A stretch of 64,000 nucleotides of DNA, taken from Macrostomum hystrix. Its lineage: Eukaryota; Animalia; Platyhelminthes. The first letter of the stretch is position 1. Each line of letters starts with the position of its first letter. The translations under genes were made by a program, and so were the position numbers. The stretch is taken from the NCBI GenBank assembly GCA_950097015.1, contig CATNEN010000003.1, positions 15,624,001 to 15,688,000 of the forward strand, given 5' to 3'. Shown piece by piece: positions 28,907-42,097 of the stretch. The notes under the pieces are model-generated. The model worked only from the letters and a program-made list of their open reading frames with translations, was not told where the DNA came from and searched no databases.

Positions 28907-29159
28907 ATTTTGATTCTGTTCTGTCAAGCATTATCGAAAATAAGCTAGTGTGTATTTCAATTATTAAAATGGAAGTGTAGTCAAAGTATGAGTGTAGAAA
29001 AAAATATTCAGACATTTAACACCGATAGTTCTTTAATTGTATGGGGCTTATTTTTACGTTTAATTCAATCAAGCATAAAATAATAGACGCACGTTTTCCA
29101 TCGTAAAGTGGATTTAGTCCATGGACTGAGCTTTTGTACACAGTGTTTGCACAGCAATT

Positions 29160-30071
29160 TTATTCAAGAATCAAGTTTAAGCCAGTTAATCCGAGTCGAT
29201 TTCTAATTATCTCGTCCAGCTCTTCGCTTTCAGCCACAGTGAAGAAGTTCTTCCAGTCTCCAATTTCACCTTTCCTAATAAAACTGGCGCCTGGCTTCCA
29301 GAACGCCCTGCTGTCATTATTCAACGAATAATTGACATTCGGATTATCTCGCATTGCTGAAAACTCTGTTTGCTGTAGAATATCACTTAGCAGTTTGTCG
29401 TTTAGTGGAACTTCAAGAAACTCAGCCAGCCGGGCTATTTCGCGAGACTTATAGCGAACCAAATCCTCGTAGAATAGGATCAGAACACGAGGATGCTGAC
29501 GAAACGACCACCAAGATAGATTGAAGTCAAAGTAGTCGTGATGCAGCAGAGATTTAGGCTCGTGGACTGCCTGATGCCAGTAGTCACTGAATATCTCCGG
29601 TATTGGCGGCTGCCTTCCAGATAGCGAATTGTTGAAGTGATGAAACGCCGATACTAGAACGTCTTTGATGTTGCGAATGACGACAACATTCTTTGGCCCG
29701 GCAGTGGAGCAGTTGCTCAGTTGTTGAATATGATGTGCAGGAGGCAGGTGAGCTTTCAGCACACGTGGCTCAGGCAGACACTTTGCAGCCTCCTGGGTGT
29801 TCAGCGGCATCTTTGACGTCGAAGCAAAGTCAATGAATGGACAGCGATGCTTTTGAACTGTCGATCGGGTTCGCTCCATGCCTAGCGCCAGACAGGACAC
29901 AATCTCCACAGTGAGCGTTGTGCCAGACTTGTGATAAGTTGACACCACAATGTCGCTGGGTCGATAATCGAACGACTCAATCAGCTCACGAATAACCGGT
30001 TCGCTCGAGTGCCTGGGCACTATCCAGTCTTGCCAATTGAGGGACATTGCTTTGGTCAAGGTCAGGGTCAT
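29160..30071 (-). CDS. Cytosolic sulfotransferase (SULT1-like), intronless
   Basis: 5'PSB DIVVSTYHKSGTT, catalytic KAHLP, 3'PB RNIKDVLVSAFHH, C-terminal FIRKGEIGDWKNFFT. Start is ATG 30071 or 30047. Confidence 0.93.
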   Translation of the reverse strand: MTLTLTKAMSLNWQDWIVPRHSSEPVIRELIESFDYRPSDIVVSTYHKSGTTLTVEIVSCLALGMERTRSTVQKHRCPFIDFASTSKMPLNTQEAAKCLPEPRVLKAHLPPAHHIQQLSNCSTAGPKNVVVIRNIKDVLVSAFHHFNNSLSGRQPPIPEIFSDYWHQAVHEPKSLLHHDYFDFNLSWWSFRQHPRVLILFYEDLVRYKSREIARLAEFLEVPLNDKLLSDILQQTEFSAMRDNPNVNYSLNNDSRAFWKPGASFIRKGEIGDWKNFFTVAESEELDEIIRNRLGLTGLNLILE

Positions 30072-30529
30072 GCAAATGCTGCTAGGCAAGCTTTGCAAGC
30101 GGTGAGTTCGACTGAATGTGCCTATATCTTTTTCAGTTTGATAACCTATCTGTCTTTTTTAATATCTCACTGATTCGTTTCAAAGAAGCAAGTGGCCTCC
30201 TCTTTATCGAGAACCTTGCATGGTCACGTGTTTATGACTAAAATCACTTTAGCGGGTCCAAGAATTTTGCTAGCCAAAATTTTATACAGAGAATTTCGCT
30301 TTTACATGTGGCGGGAATAATAAATAAACATATAAAGTTTTGAACCATTAGTCTAAATAAAAAGCGGCCATACCATTAACAATTTATTATATTTAAGGGC
30401 TTACAGCAGTAGAAAAAAAATTGCTTGAGACAAAGCTCAATGTACTCGTATACTACTGTACAACAGTCAGTAGTGCTCCATGCGGAACATAATGCACACA
30501 GCTGTATTCAGTATTGGAACTATTGGAAC

Positions 30530-31328
30530 TATCTCCCATTCTATCTTCCTTCTCCCATTCTATCTTCCCTCTCCCATTCTATCTTCTCTCTTCCATTCTA
30601 TCTTCCCTCTCCCATTCTATCTTCGCTCTCCCATTCTATCTTCCCTCTCCCGCTCTATCTTCCCCTCTCCTATTCTATCTTCCCTCTTCCACTCTATCTT
30701 CCCTCTCCCATTCTATCTTCCCTCTCCCATTCTATCTTCCATCTCCCGCTCTATCTTCCCCTCTCCCATTCTATCTTCCTTCTCCCATTCTATCTCCCCT
30801 CTCCCATTCTATCTCCCCTCTCCCATTCTATCTTCCCTCTCCCATTCTATCTTCCCTCTCCCATTCTATCTTCCCTCTCCCATTCTATCTTCCCTCTCCC
30901 ATTCTATCTCCCCTCTCCCATTCTATCTTCCCTCTCCCATTCTATCTTCCCTCTCCCATTCTATCTTCCCTCTCCCATTCTATCTTCCTTCTCCAATTCT
31001 GTCTTCCCTCTCCCGTTCTATCTTTCCTCTCCCATTCCATCTTCCTTCTCCAATTCTGTCTTCCCTCTCCCATTCTATCTTCTCTCTTCCATTCTATCTT
31101 CCCTCTCCCACTCTATCTTCCCCTCTCCTATTCTATCTTCCCTCTCCTATTCTATCTTCCCTCTCCCGTTCTATCTTCCCCTCTCCTATTGTATCTTCCC
31201 TCTCCCGCTCTATCTTCCCCTCTCCTATTCTATCTTCGCTCTTCCACTCTATCTTCCCCTCTCCTATTCTATCTTCCCTCTTCCACTCTATCTTCCCCTC
31301 TCCTATTCTATCTTCCCTCTCCCGCTCT
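30530..31328 (+). repeat. 20-bp CT-rich minisatellite
   Basis: (tctatcttccctctcccatt)n. Confidence 0.95.
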
Positions 31329-31356
31329 AATGATGAAGACACTGACGTTGCAAACT

Positions 31357-31772
31357 GAGTCCAATCAGTTCTAGCATTAGCAAAGAGTCCAATCAGTTCT
31401 AGCATTAGCAAAGAGTCCAATCAGTTCTAGCATTTGCAAAGAGTTCAATCAGTTCTAGCATTTGCAAAGAGTCCAATCAGTTCTAGCATTAGCAAAGAGT
31501 CCAATCAGTTCTAGCATTTGCAAAGAGTCCAATCAGTTCTAGCATTAGCAAAGAGTCCAATCAGTTCTAGCATTTGCAAAGAGTCCAATCAGTTCTAGCA
31601 TTAGCAAAGAGTCCAATCAGTTCTAGCATTAGCAAAGAGTCCAATCAGTTCTAGCATTTGCAAAGAGTCCAATCAGTTCTAGCATTAGCAAAGAGTCCAA
31701 TCAGTTCTAGCATTTGCAAAGAGTCCAATCAGTTCTAGCATTAGCAAAGAGTCCAATCAGTTCTAGCATTAG
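31357..31772 (+). repeat. 28-bp minisatellite, ~15 copies
   Basis: (gagtccaatcagttctagcatt[a/t]gcaaa)n. Confidence 0.95.
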
Positions 31773-32208
31773 TTGCAAGTAAAAGCTTCGAACTCAAACG
31801 ATGAACTTTACACAACTCTGAACAACACAGCCAATCACAAATCTCAGACATTGATTCACCAAGACTACAAGATCAGTGGAAGGATAATTAGATATTTCTG
31901 GCTGGCTTGTGGTACTTTCATCTAGAAACACAAAAAGCAACATTTTCCAGAATTGTTGCGTGCTTCAATCAGTGTCTGGGGCTTTAACTGATTGCTATTT
32001 GATTAATCACAAACAATACTTAATTTTGCCTAGTGCTGAAATCATAGCCTGCTAGAGTAGCTCGTAATTAATCTGCCGGCCTATAACATTTGCTGGTCAT
32101 TGATATTGATGCGCTTTTTGGAAGGATTTTCAAGACTAGATAAAGAGCTCTGGGAACTTTTTATTCGAAAAGGTTCGTGCTACATTCCTTTGTATTCTTA
32201 TTCAAAGT

Positions 32209-32644
32209 TCATCTGAGTGAATTGTCATCTCAGTGAATTGTCATCTCAGTGAATTGTCATCTCAGTGAATTGTCATCTCAGTGAATTGTCATCTCAGTGA
32301 ATTGTCATCTCAGTGAATTGTCATCTGAGTGAATTGTCATCTCAGTGAATTGTCATCTCAGTGAATTGTCATCTCAGTGAATTGTCATCTCAGTGAATTG
32401 TCATCTGAGTGAATTGTCATCTCAGTGAATTGTCATCTCAGTGAATTGTCATCTCAGTGAATTGTCATCTCAGTGAATTGTCATCTCAGTGAATTGTCAT
32501 CTCAGTGAATTGTCATCTCAGTGAATTGTCATCTCAGTGAATTGTCATCTCAGTGAATTGTCATCTCAGTGAATTGTCATCTGAGTGAATTGTCATCTGA
32601 GTGAATTGTCATCTCAGTGAATTGTCATCTGAGTGAATTGTCAT
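32209..32644 (+). repeat. 16-bp minisatellite, ~27 copies
   Basis: (tcatctcagtgaattg)n. Confidence 0.95.
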
Positions 32645-32658
32645 ATAAATCAATTGCC

Positions 32659-33121
32659 ATAGAATGGGAGAGGGAAGATAGAGTGGAAGAGGGAAGATAG
32701 AACGGAATATGGAAGATAGAGTGGGAAAGGAAAGATAGAATAGAAGAGGGAAGATAGAATGGGAGAAAGAAGATAGAATGGGAGAGGGAAGATAGAGTGG
32801 GTGAGGGAAGATAGAATGGGAGAAAGAAGATAGAATGGGAGAGGGAAGATAGAATAGGAGAGGGAAGACAGAATAGGAGAGGGAAGATAGAATGGGAGAG
32901 GGAAGATAGAATGGGAGAGGGAAGACAGAATGGGAGAGGGAAGATAGAATGGGAGAGGGAAGACAGAATAGGAGAGGGAAGATAGAATGGGAGAGGGAAG
33001 ATAGAATGGGAGAGGGAAGATAGAATGGGAGAGGGAAGATAGAATGGGAGAGGGGAGATAGAATGGGAGAGGGAAGATAGAATGGGAGAGGGAAGATAGA
33101 ATGGGAGAGGGAGATAGAATG
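32659..33121 (-). repeat. Inverted copy of the 20-bp CT-rich minisatellite
   Basis: (aatgggagagggaagataga)n is the reverse complement of the 30530-31328 unit. Confidence 0.95.
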
Positions 33122-33619
33122 AGGATGAGTAGGTAAAAAAGCAAGAGTCCCATGTTGCGGGCAGCTAACCAGTGTTGCCGGACCCATAGCGATCTGATTG
33201 GCTTATGCCTATAAGCCCAATGCTGTCTCTGTAGTGACCCTTGAAACATGCCTGTCTGTAAAACCAATGAAAGTGTCGTACATATGCAACTTCAGCACGT
33301 TCTATACACGGTTGGAGAGCTTTGGCAATCAATTTTCCGAATTTATATTACTGCATTTTCGTCCTGAAATCAGCAAAGACAAAAACGATAGCGGATACCA
33401 GAAAACGTGAAGGCAAAGTTATCTCTCGAATCGAGACGAACTTTGTTCAGAAGAAGCCTGTTATTTTTCTATTATTCTTTTGCCTTTTCTGCTCTCGCTG
33501 AAGCCCTTCGTGTCGTCTGTCATCTGTCACTTGATTTCCGAGGACAAGGAAAGAAATTCATGTAAGACTTTCATTTATTCTGCTTTTACAATATTTATAT
33601 ATTTGTTCACTGACTACAG

Positions 33620-35146
33620 ACTCACAACCGATTCACAACCGATTCACAACCGATTAACAACCGATTCACTACCGATTCACTACCGATTCACTACCGATTC
33701 ACAACCGATTCACAACCGATTCACAACCGATTCACAACCGATTCACTACCGATTCACAACCGATTCACAACCGATTCACTACCGATTCACTACCGATTCA
33801 CTACCGATTCACTACCGATTCACAACCGATTCACAACCGATTCACTACCGATTCACTACCGATTCACAACCGATTCACTACCGATTCACTACCGATTCAC
33901 TACCGATTCACAACCGATTCACAACCGATTCACTACCGATTCACTACCGATTCACTACCGATTCACTACCGATTCACAACCGATTCACAACCGATTCACT
34001 ACCGATTCACAACCGATTCACAACCGATTCACAACCGATTCACAACCGATTCACTACCGATTCACTACCGATTCACTACCGATTCACAACCGATTCACTA
34101 CCGATTCACTACCGATTCACAACCGATTCACAACCGATTCACTACCGATTCACTACCGATTCACAACCGATTCACAACCGATTCACAACCGATTCACTGC
34201 CGATTCACTACCGATTCACAACCGATTCACAACCGATTCAATACCGATTCACTACCGATACACTTCCGATTCACTACCGATTCACTACCGATTCACAACC
34301 GATTCACTACCGATTCACTACCGATTCACTACCGATTCACTACCGATTCACTACCGATTCACTACCGATTCACTACCGATTCACAACTGATTCACTACCG
34401 ATTCACAACCGATTCACAACCGATTCACTACCGATTCACTACCGATTCACTACCGATTCACTACCGATTCACTACCGATTCACTACCGATTCACTACCGA
34501 TTCACTACTGATTCACTACCGATTCACTACCGATTCACTACCGATTCACTACCGATTCACTACCGATTCACAACTGATTCACTACCGATTCACAACCGAT
34601 TCACAACCGATTCACTACCGATTCACTACCGATTCACTACCGATTCACTACCGATTCACTACCGATTCACTACCGATTCACTACCGATTCACTACCGATT
34701 CACAACCGATTCACTACCGATTCACAACCGATTCACAACCGATTCACTACCGATTCACTACCGATTCACAACCGATTCACAACCGATTCACAACCGATTC
34801 ACAACCGATTCACAACCGATTCACAACCGATTCACTACCGATTCACTACCGATTCACAACCGATTCACAACCGATTCACAACCGATTCACAACCGATTCA
34901 CAACCGATTCACAACCGATTCACAACCGATTCACTGCCGATTCACTACCGATTCACAACCGATTCACAACCGATTCAATACCGATTCACTACCGATACAC
35001 TTCCGATTCACTACCGATTCACTACCGATTCACTACCGATTCACTACCGATTCACTACCGATTCACTACCGATTCACTACCGATTCACTACCGATTCACT
35101 ACCGATTCACTACCGATTCACTACCGATTCACTACCGATTCACAAT
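33620..35146 (+). repeat. 11-bp minisatellite, ~138 copies
   Basis: (ccgattcac[t/a]a)n, followed by degenerate 16-bp ctacccaattcactga units to ~35245. Confidence 0.97.
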
Positions 35147-35584
35147 TCTGTGGCTACCCAATCCACTGACTACCCAATTCATTGACTCCCCAATGCACTG
35201 ACTACCCAATTCTCAAACTACCAAATCAATGACTACCCAATTACGCAATTCTCCAAGCGCTGACTTAATGAGTATTTTGTTAATTATTTCTCTGCTTCTT
35301 AGTCCCACTAGTCAGGGTGAAGTTGTATGTGCAGATAATTTTTTAAACCATTGAAGAGAATAATTTTTAATGACTAATACGGATAAGGATTAGTGACAAA
35401 GTCTTGGCTAACATGAGATAACAGGCGTATTTTGTAGAAAAAAAATTAGCACAGCGGAAGGTAAACAAGCCTTTGTAAGTGAAAATAAGATTTTTTGCTA
35501 GAAAAAGTTGCCTCTCTATCTTATCTAAAAATTTATCTATTCACTCTATCTTGTCACCTATATATCAGAATATTTACTACACCA

Positions 35585-36475
35585 GAGAGAGGGGAATGAA
35601 GGGAGAGAGGGGAATGAAGGGAGAGAGGGGAATGAAGGGAGAGAGGGGAATGAAGGGAGAGAGGGGAATGAAGGGAGAGAGGGGAATGAAGGGAGAGAGG
35701 GGAATGAAGGGAGAGAGGGGAATGAAGGGAGAGACGGGAATGAAGGGAGAGAGGGGAATGAAGGGAGAGAGGGGAATGAAGGGAGAGAGGGGAATGAAGG
35801 GAGAGACGGGAATGAAGGGAGAGAGGGGAATGAAGGGAGAGAGGGGAATGAAGGGAGAGAGGGGAATGAAGGGAGAGAGGGGAATGAAGGGAGAGAGGGG
35901 AATGAAGGGAGAGACGGGAATGAAGGGAGAGAGGGGAATGAAAGGAGAGAGGGGAATGAAGGGAGAGAGGGGAATGAAGGGAGAGAGGGGAATGAAGGGA
36001 GAGAGGGGAATGAAGGGAGAGAGGGGAACGAAGGGAGAGAGGGGAATGAAAGGAGAGAGGGGAATGAAGGGAGAGAGGGGAATGAAAGGAGAGAGGGGAA
36101 TGAAGGGAGAGAGGGGAATGAAAGGAGAGAGGGGAATGAAGGGAGAGAGGGGAATGAAGGGAGAGACGGGAATGAAGGGAGAGAGGGGAATGAAGGGAGA
36201 GAGGGGAATGAAGGGAGAGAGGGGAATGAAGGGAGAGAGGGGAATGAAGGGAGAGAGGGGAATGAAGGGAGAGAGGGGAATGAAGGGAGAGACGGGAATG
36301 AAGGGAGAGACGGGAATGAAGGGAGAGACGGGAATGAAGGGAGAGAGGGGAATGAAGGGAGAGAGGGGAATGAAGGGAGAGACGGGAATGAAGGGAGAGA
36401 GGGGAATGAAGGTAGAGTGGGGAATGAAGGGAGAGGGGAATGAAGGGAGAGGGGAGAGAGGGTGATAGGGTGATA
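35585..36475 (+). repeat. 18-bp purine-rich minisatellite, ~48 copies
   Basis: (gagaggggaatgaaggga)n. Confidence 0.95.
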
Positions 36476-37379
36476 GGGGAGTGAGAGAATGAGAGCTGTG
36501 AGAGCGTACAGCACAGGCAGTCGCTAAGGCCAAAGTGGTCAATAAAAATGCTACGCCTCTCTGGCCTCCTGTTCTAAAGCCAAGAGCAAAGGCTTCGACC
36601 AAAAAGCTTGCAGCGTCACACAGGCAGCCGCTTACAGAGGCAATAAAATGAGAGACGGGGGGGTTACGGAGAGAGCTATTCACTATTCCTACCGTTTAGG
36701 AATATTAATTGAAGCTGAATACTGTAACGGAAAAAATTGTAACTCAGGCTTTCGTAACACTCTTGGGTAAGTATTCTGCTTTTGCGAGGCAAAAGTACAT
36801 TTCCACAAGTCGCCTATTATCTGGATTGTGGAATTTTTTTTACCGCGTAAATGAAACAAGGCTAGAACACATAATTATGTATTTAACATTTGTTAGGAAA
36901 AGTTAGGAAACGTTTTAAAACAACATTTTATTTATTCTCACTAGCAGAAACTCTTGGCTAATTTCTAACAAAAGGAGAGGAAATGAAGGGAGAGGCGAGT
37001 GAAGGGAGAGGAAAAAGGGAAGAGATAAGAGTGAACGGTAGATGAGTCAATGTAGTGTCGGCTTGCAATATCAGAGAAAAGTTAAAGAATAAAGTAACAT
37101 CAAATGTCATAAAATAAATGGTAAATGGTAGTTTGAAGAAGATAATTGTTGTTGATTCAAGACGAATACGTAGTATATTTGCTACACTAAACACATTCAA
37201 TATTGATGACATACACGGGACTACATAATGGCTGTGGGGTCTGCTACTATAGAGAGGCTACAATAATTACTGCTTGTTTTTCTTGCCTTGTTTTCAGGCG
37301 AGTGGATTAAGAATTCAGGGCAGTTATTGCTCGTAGTACGCACATAAATAAGATTTAAGATAATTGGCAGTTTGTCAAG

Positions 37380-38219
37380 TCACTGATCTGACGCCTTGTT
37401 CAACGGTTTTTCTTCGCCGGGCATCAGGTTAGTCAACAATTTGAAGCAGCAGCAGATTCTCTCACACCAGTTGGCTGGCTCCGACTTCGCTTTGTCGGCG
37501 CTCTTTGCATCGGCGTCGTCGCCGGCAGCCGGATGGACGATCGACGAGTTTGACTTGGCTGCCGCAGCCGCTGATTCTGCTAAAGGATTTCGATCCCCTG
37601 CCATTGTCGGCGGTGACGTTGCGGCCGTCAGATTGCGCTCAGTCAACAGTTTGCCAACTTCCATCATCATGGCGTCCACTTCTAGATTCTCCTCATCGGC
37701 CTGTACACTCAGTGAGAACACGAGGCCGCCCGTGGAGCTGCAGAGTTCGCGAGCTCGCGTCATACTAGCCTGATGACATCCCAGATCAGTTTTGTTTGCC
37801 ACCATCACGATTAGCGGCGGCTGCTGGCCGGATTCGGCTGCACCACTAGGCGACTTCAAAGCCAGATGATGCCAGTGCTCGAGGTCAGCGATGGCGTCGC
37901 GAGAGCCGTCGAACACGATGAAGACGGCGTGCAGCTGAGCCAGGCGAGGATCCAAGCAGCTGGCTGAGCGAGAGCAGCCGGGAGTGTCCCAGCACTGGAA
38001 GACCACATGGTGTTGGCCGAGGCTCACAGATTTCGACACAAAGTCGACCTGGTTGGTGCTGCTGTAGATTTCACTGTAGCGACTGTCAACGAAGCGTTGT
38101 AGGAGTTTCGTCTTGCCAGATCGACTGCTGCCAATGAAGGCCACGTTGAAATGCCAGATCTGACGCTCCAAATCCGAAAACGAGTGCAAATTGAGGTCGA
38201 GCTGTTCTGGACTGTCCAT
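37380..38219 (-). CDS. Divergent Rab-like small GTPase, intronless
   Basis: G1 GSSRSGKT, switch-I-like STNQVDF, G3 WDTPG, G4 NKTD, hypervariable tail with an internal ICCCF. Confidence 0.85.
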   Translation of the reverse strand: MDSPEQLDLNLHSFSDLERQIWHFNVAFIGSSRSGKTKLLQRFVDSRYSEIYSSTNQVDFVSKSVSLGQHHVVFQCWDTPGCSRSASCLDPRLAQLHAVFIVFDGSRDAIADLEHWHHLALKSPSGAAESGQQPPLIVMVANKTDLGCHQASMTRARELCSSTGGLVFSLSVQADEENLEVDAMMMEVGKLLTERNLTAATSPPTMAGDRNPLAESAAAAAKSNSSIVHPAAGDDADAKSADKAKSEPANWCERICCCFKLLTNLMPGEEKPLNKASDQ

Positions 38220-38825
38220 GATGGGATATTAACTTCTTAGAAACGAAGGGACATGCAACAAACAGATTAATAGCCTCGTGGGAGGTTCTCAGCTGCTTTT
38301 GCCACCCTTCAACCAATTTGTAGGGGGCAGTTGTCTCGAAGATAAAGTTTTCTGTTCTACGTGTCTCGAAGCATTGATCTCGAAGCTCAAAGTATATTCA
38401 ATCAACTTTAAGTTTGATTTTTGTCTGAAATATAATTTTTAACTAAAACGCGTAATATTGAAGACTAGTTATTTAGAGATTTAGCCATAGACAAATTTCA
38501 CTAAAATAAGGGACTACTGAAACTACCGTGTTGGAAATCTAGGCAAATCATGCGAATTTTCTTACTAGGCTTTTTTAAACTGTCTATGGTTAATGTTTTC
38601 TTTTCAACTTTGCTACCAAGCTACCAACTGCAAATGGGTAGAAGTTGCCAATCAGTCTGCAAATTAATAGTTCAATGAAATATTTCTCTTTTCTCAACCT
38701 AGCTTCATCATTAATGTCAAAAAGCACTTTTAAGCAGAGAATCAATGCAATGCTAAATTAGTTTTATAACTTTCCAACTATACTCAATTTACGTCTAAAA
38801 CACTGGGTAACTTGTATACAAACTT

Positions 38826-40950
38826 TGTTAGACAGACATCATACTGAAAATGTTAGACAGATATCATACTAAACATGTTAGACAGACATCATACTGAACA
38901 TGTTAGACAGACATCATTCTGAACATGTTAGACAGACATCATTCTGAACATGTTAGACAGATATCATACTGAACATGTTAGACAGATATCATACTGAAAA
39001 TGTTAGACAGATATCATACTGAACATGTTAGACAGACATCATACTGAACATGTTAGACAGATATCATGAACATGTTAGACAGACATCATTTTGAACATGT
39101 TAGACAGACATCATTCTGAACATGTTAGACGGACATCATACTGAACATGTTAGACAGATATCATACTGAACATGTTAGACAGACATCATTCTGAACATGT
39201 TAGACGGACATCATACTGAACATGTTAGACAGATATCATACTGAACATGTTAGACAGACATCATTCTGAACATGTTAGACGGACATCATACTGAACATGT
39301 TAGATAGACATCATACTGAACATGTTAGACAGACATCATTCTGAACATGTTAGACAGACATCATTCTGAACATGTTAGACAGACATCATTCTGAACATGT
39401 TAGACAGACATCATTCTGAACATGTTAGACAGATATCATACTGAACATGTTAGACAGATATCATACTGAACATGTTAGACAGACATCATACTGAACATGT
39501 TAGACAGATATCATACTGAACATATTAGACAGATATCATACTGAACATGTTAGACAGACATCATACTGAACATGTTAGACAGATATCATGAACATGTTAG
39601 ACAGACATCATTCTGAACATGTTAGACAGACATCATTCTGAACATGTTAGACGGACATCATACTGAACATGTTAGACAGATATCATACTGAACATGTTAG
39701 ACAGATATCATACTGAACATATTAGACAGATATCATACTGAACATGTTAGACAGACATCATACTGAACATGTTAGACAGATATCATTCTGAACATGTTAG
39801 ACAGATGTCATACTGAACATGTTAGACAGACATCATTCTGAACATGTTAGACAGACTTCATTCTGAACATGTTAGACAGACATCATTCTGAACATGTTAG
39901 ACAAATACCATACTGAACATGTTAGACAGACATCATTCTGAACATGTTAGACAAATACCATACTGAACATGTTAGACAGACATCATACTGAACATGTTAG
40001 ACAGATATCATACTGAACATGTTAGACAGACATCATTCTGAACATGTTAGACGGACATCATACTGAACATGTTAGATAGACATCATACTGAACATGTTAG
40101 ACAGACATCATTCTGAACATGTTAGACAGACATCATTCTGAACATGTTAGACAGACATCATTCTGAACATGTTAGACAGACATCATTCTGAACATGTTAG
40201 ACAGATATCATACTGAACATGTTAGACAGATATCATACTGAACATGTTAGACAGACATCATACTGAACATGTTAGACAGATATCATACTGAACATATTAG
40301 ACAGATATCATACTGAACATGTTAGACAGACATCATACTGAACATGTTAGACAGATATCATGAACATGTTAGACAGACATCATTCTGAACATGTTAGACA
40401 GACATCATTCTGAACATGTTAGACGGACATCATACTGAACATGTTAGACAGATATCATACTGAACATGTTAGACAGATATCATACTGAACATATTAGACA
40501 GATATCATACTGAACATGTTAGACAGACATCATACTGAACATGTTAGACAGATATCATTCTGAACATGTTAGACAGATGTCATACTGAACATGTTAGACA
40601 GACATCATTCTGAACATGTTAGACAGACTTCATTCTGAACATGTTAGACAGACATCATTCTGAACATGTTAGACAAATACCATACTGAACATGTTAGACA
40701 GACATCATTCTGAACATGTTAGACAAATACCATACTGAACATGTTAGACAGACATCATACTGAACATGTTAGACAGATATCATTCTGAACATGTTAGACA
40801 GATATCATACTGAACATGTTAGACAGATATCATACTGAACATGTTAGACAGATATCATACTGAACATGTTAGACAGACATCATACTGAACATGTTAGACA
40901 GATATCATACTGAACATGTTAGACAGATATCATACTGAACATGTTAGACA
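38826..40950 (+). repeat. 25-bp minisatellite, ~85 copies, ending ~150 bp upstream of the GPCR ATG
   Basis: (gttagacagacatcatactgaacat)n. Confidence 0.97.
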
Positions 40951-41093
40951 TTGCGAGAAAGCTTTTTTGCCATAGACAAAATCCCGTTAAAGTAGGTTTC
41001 TTTACTTTATCAGCTTCTAAAAAATAGTAGAGAAATAATTATCAAGTAATCCTGATAATTGTTTCCTCCCAGATTCTATCAATCAACTCGTCA

Positions 41094-42044
41094 ATGAACA
41101 GCAGCGCATCCGTTGTTGACGGCGGTGTCGGCGGTCGCTGCTGCGGTACGATGGACGCCAGCGACGTCGCGGCGTCAACTTGCGAAATAGCCAGCGAGAC
41201 GGGAGTAAACATGACACCAACACTGACTCTGTTTGTCATTGGTGTCACGGGAAATCTAGCAGCGTTAATCGTACTACAAAAACGTCGCCCAAGCAGGAGT
41301 CGAACCCTGTTCTACACCCTGCTAACCGGCCTAATATTGAATGATCTGCTAGCCCAGTTACTAACCAGCAGTGCTCCATTGTTAGTCTATGGCATGGGCG
41401 CATTCAATGAGACGTCGAAACGATTGAAACTGACGTGGCTAGGCGGCAGTACAGCTTGCCAGGCACACGCCCTGGTCATGACGGCTGTGTGGCTTGGCGA
41501 GCCTCTACTAGTCCTGTGCATGTCAGCAGAGAGGCTGTTCTGCTTGACCAGGTGGCAGAGCTATGCCAGATTGCGTCACAAGCAGAGACGGACATCGGTG
41601 GCGATGCTCGGTGGTCTGATTGCCGTGCTGGCCGTAGCTTCTCTGCCTCTGACTGGTCTGATTGGCGCCTACCAACTGCAGTATCCGGGCACTTGGTGCT
41701 TCCTGGACTCTAGGGGCAATGGCACAATGCGTCACCGAGTCTTTGCCGCCTGTCTAGCTACCTGGGACCTCCTGGCTGTGGCACTGATTGTAGCCTGCAA
41801 CCTGTGGGTGATTCGCTGCCTGCTGACTGTGCGCAGGACTAGGAGAACTCTGAGCCACGCCACAGGAACTGAAGCCGGGTCCTGCGCGTTGTCGACTGCG
41901 CCAAACGCGGCCACAATGACAGCGGCTGCCGCGGCAACAGCGCTGGGTAGGCCGCCAAAGCATATGCGCTACATGGAGGTGCAACTTGTAGTGCTGTTGG
42001 TTGCCATCACCGCCTCTTTTGGATTGTGCTGGACACCACTGATG
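41094..42044 (+). CDS. Prostanoid (prostaglandin E2 EP4-like) GPCR, exon 1 (TM1-TM6)
   Basis: GVTGNLAAL, LFYTLLTGLILNDLL, MSAERL, ECL2 QYPGTWCF, EVQLVVLLVAIT..CWTPLM. Donor ATG|GTGAGA at 42044/42045, phase 0. Confidence 0.92.
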
Positions 42045-42097
42045 GTGAGATACTGATGCCATTGGAGGGAGGCTAGAGAGGGAGAGTGCAATGAAGA

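Noticed and set aside
30425-34511. Pro/Ser/Leu-rich and TTDSLPIHYRF ORFs
   Set aside because: Minisatellite translations
35479-36465. Collagen-like ORF (GERGMK)n
   Set aside because: Translation of an almost invariant 18-bp minisatellite. No signal peptide, no synonymous variation pattern and no flanking collagen domains.
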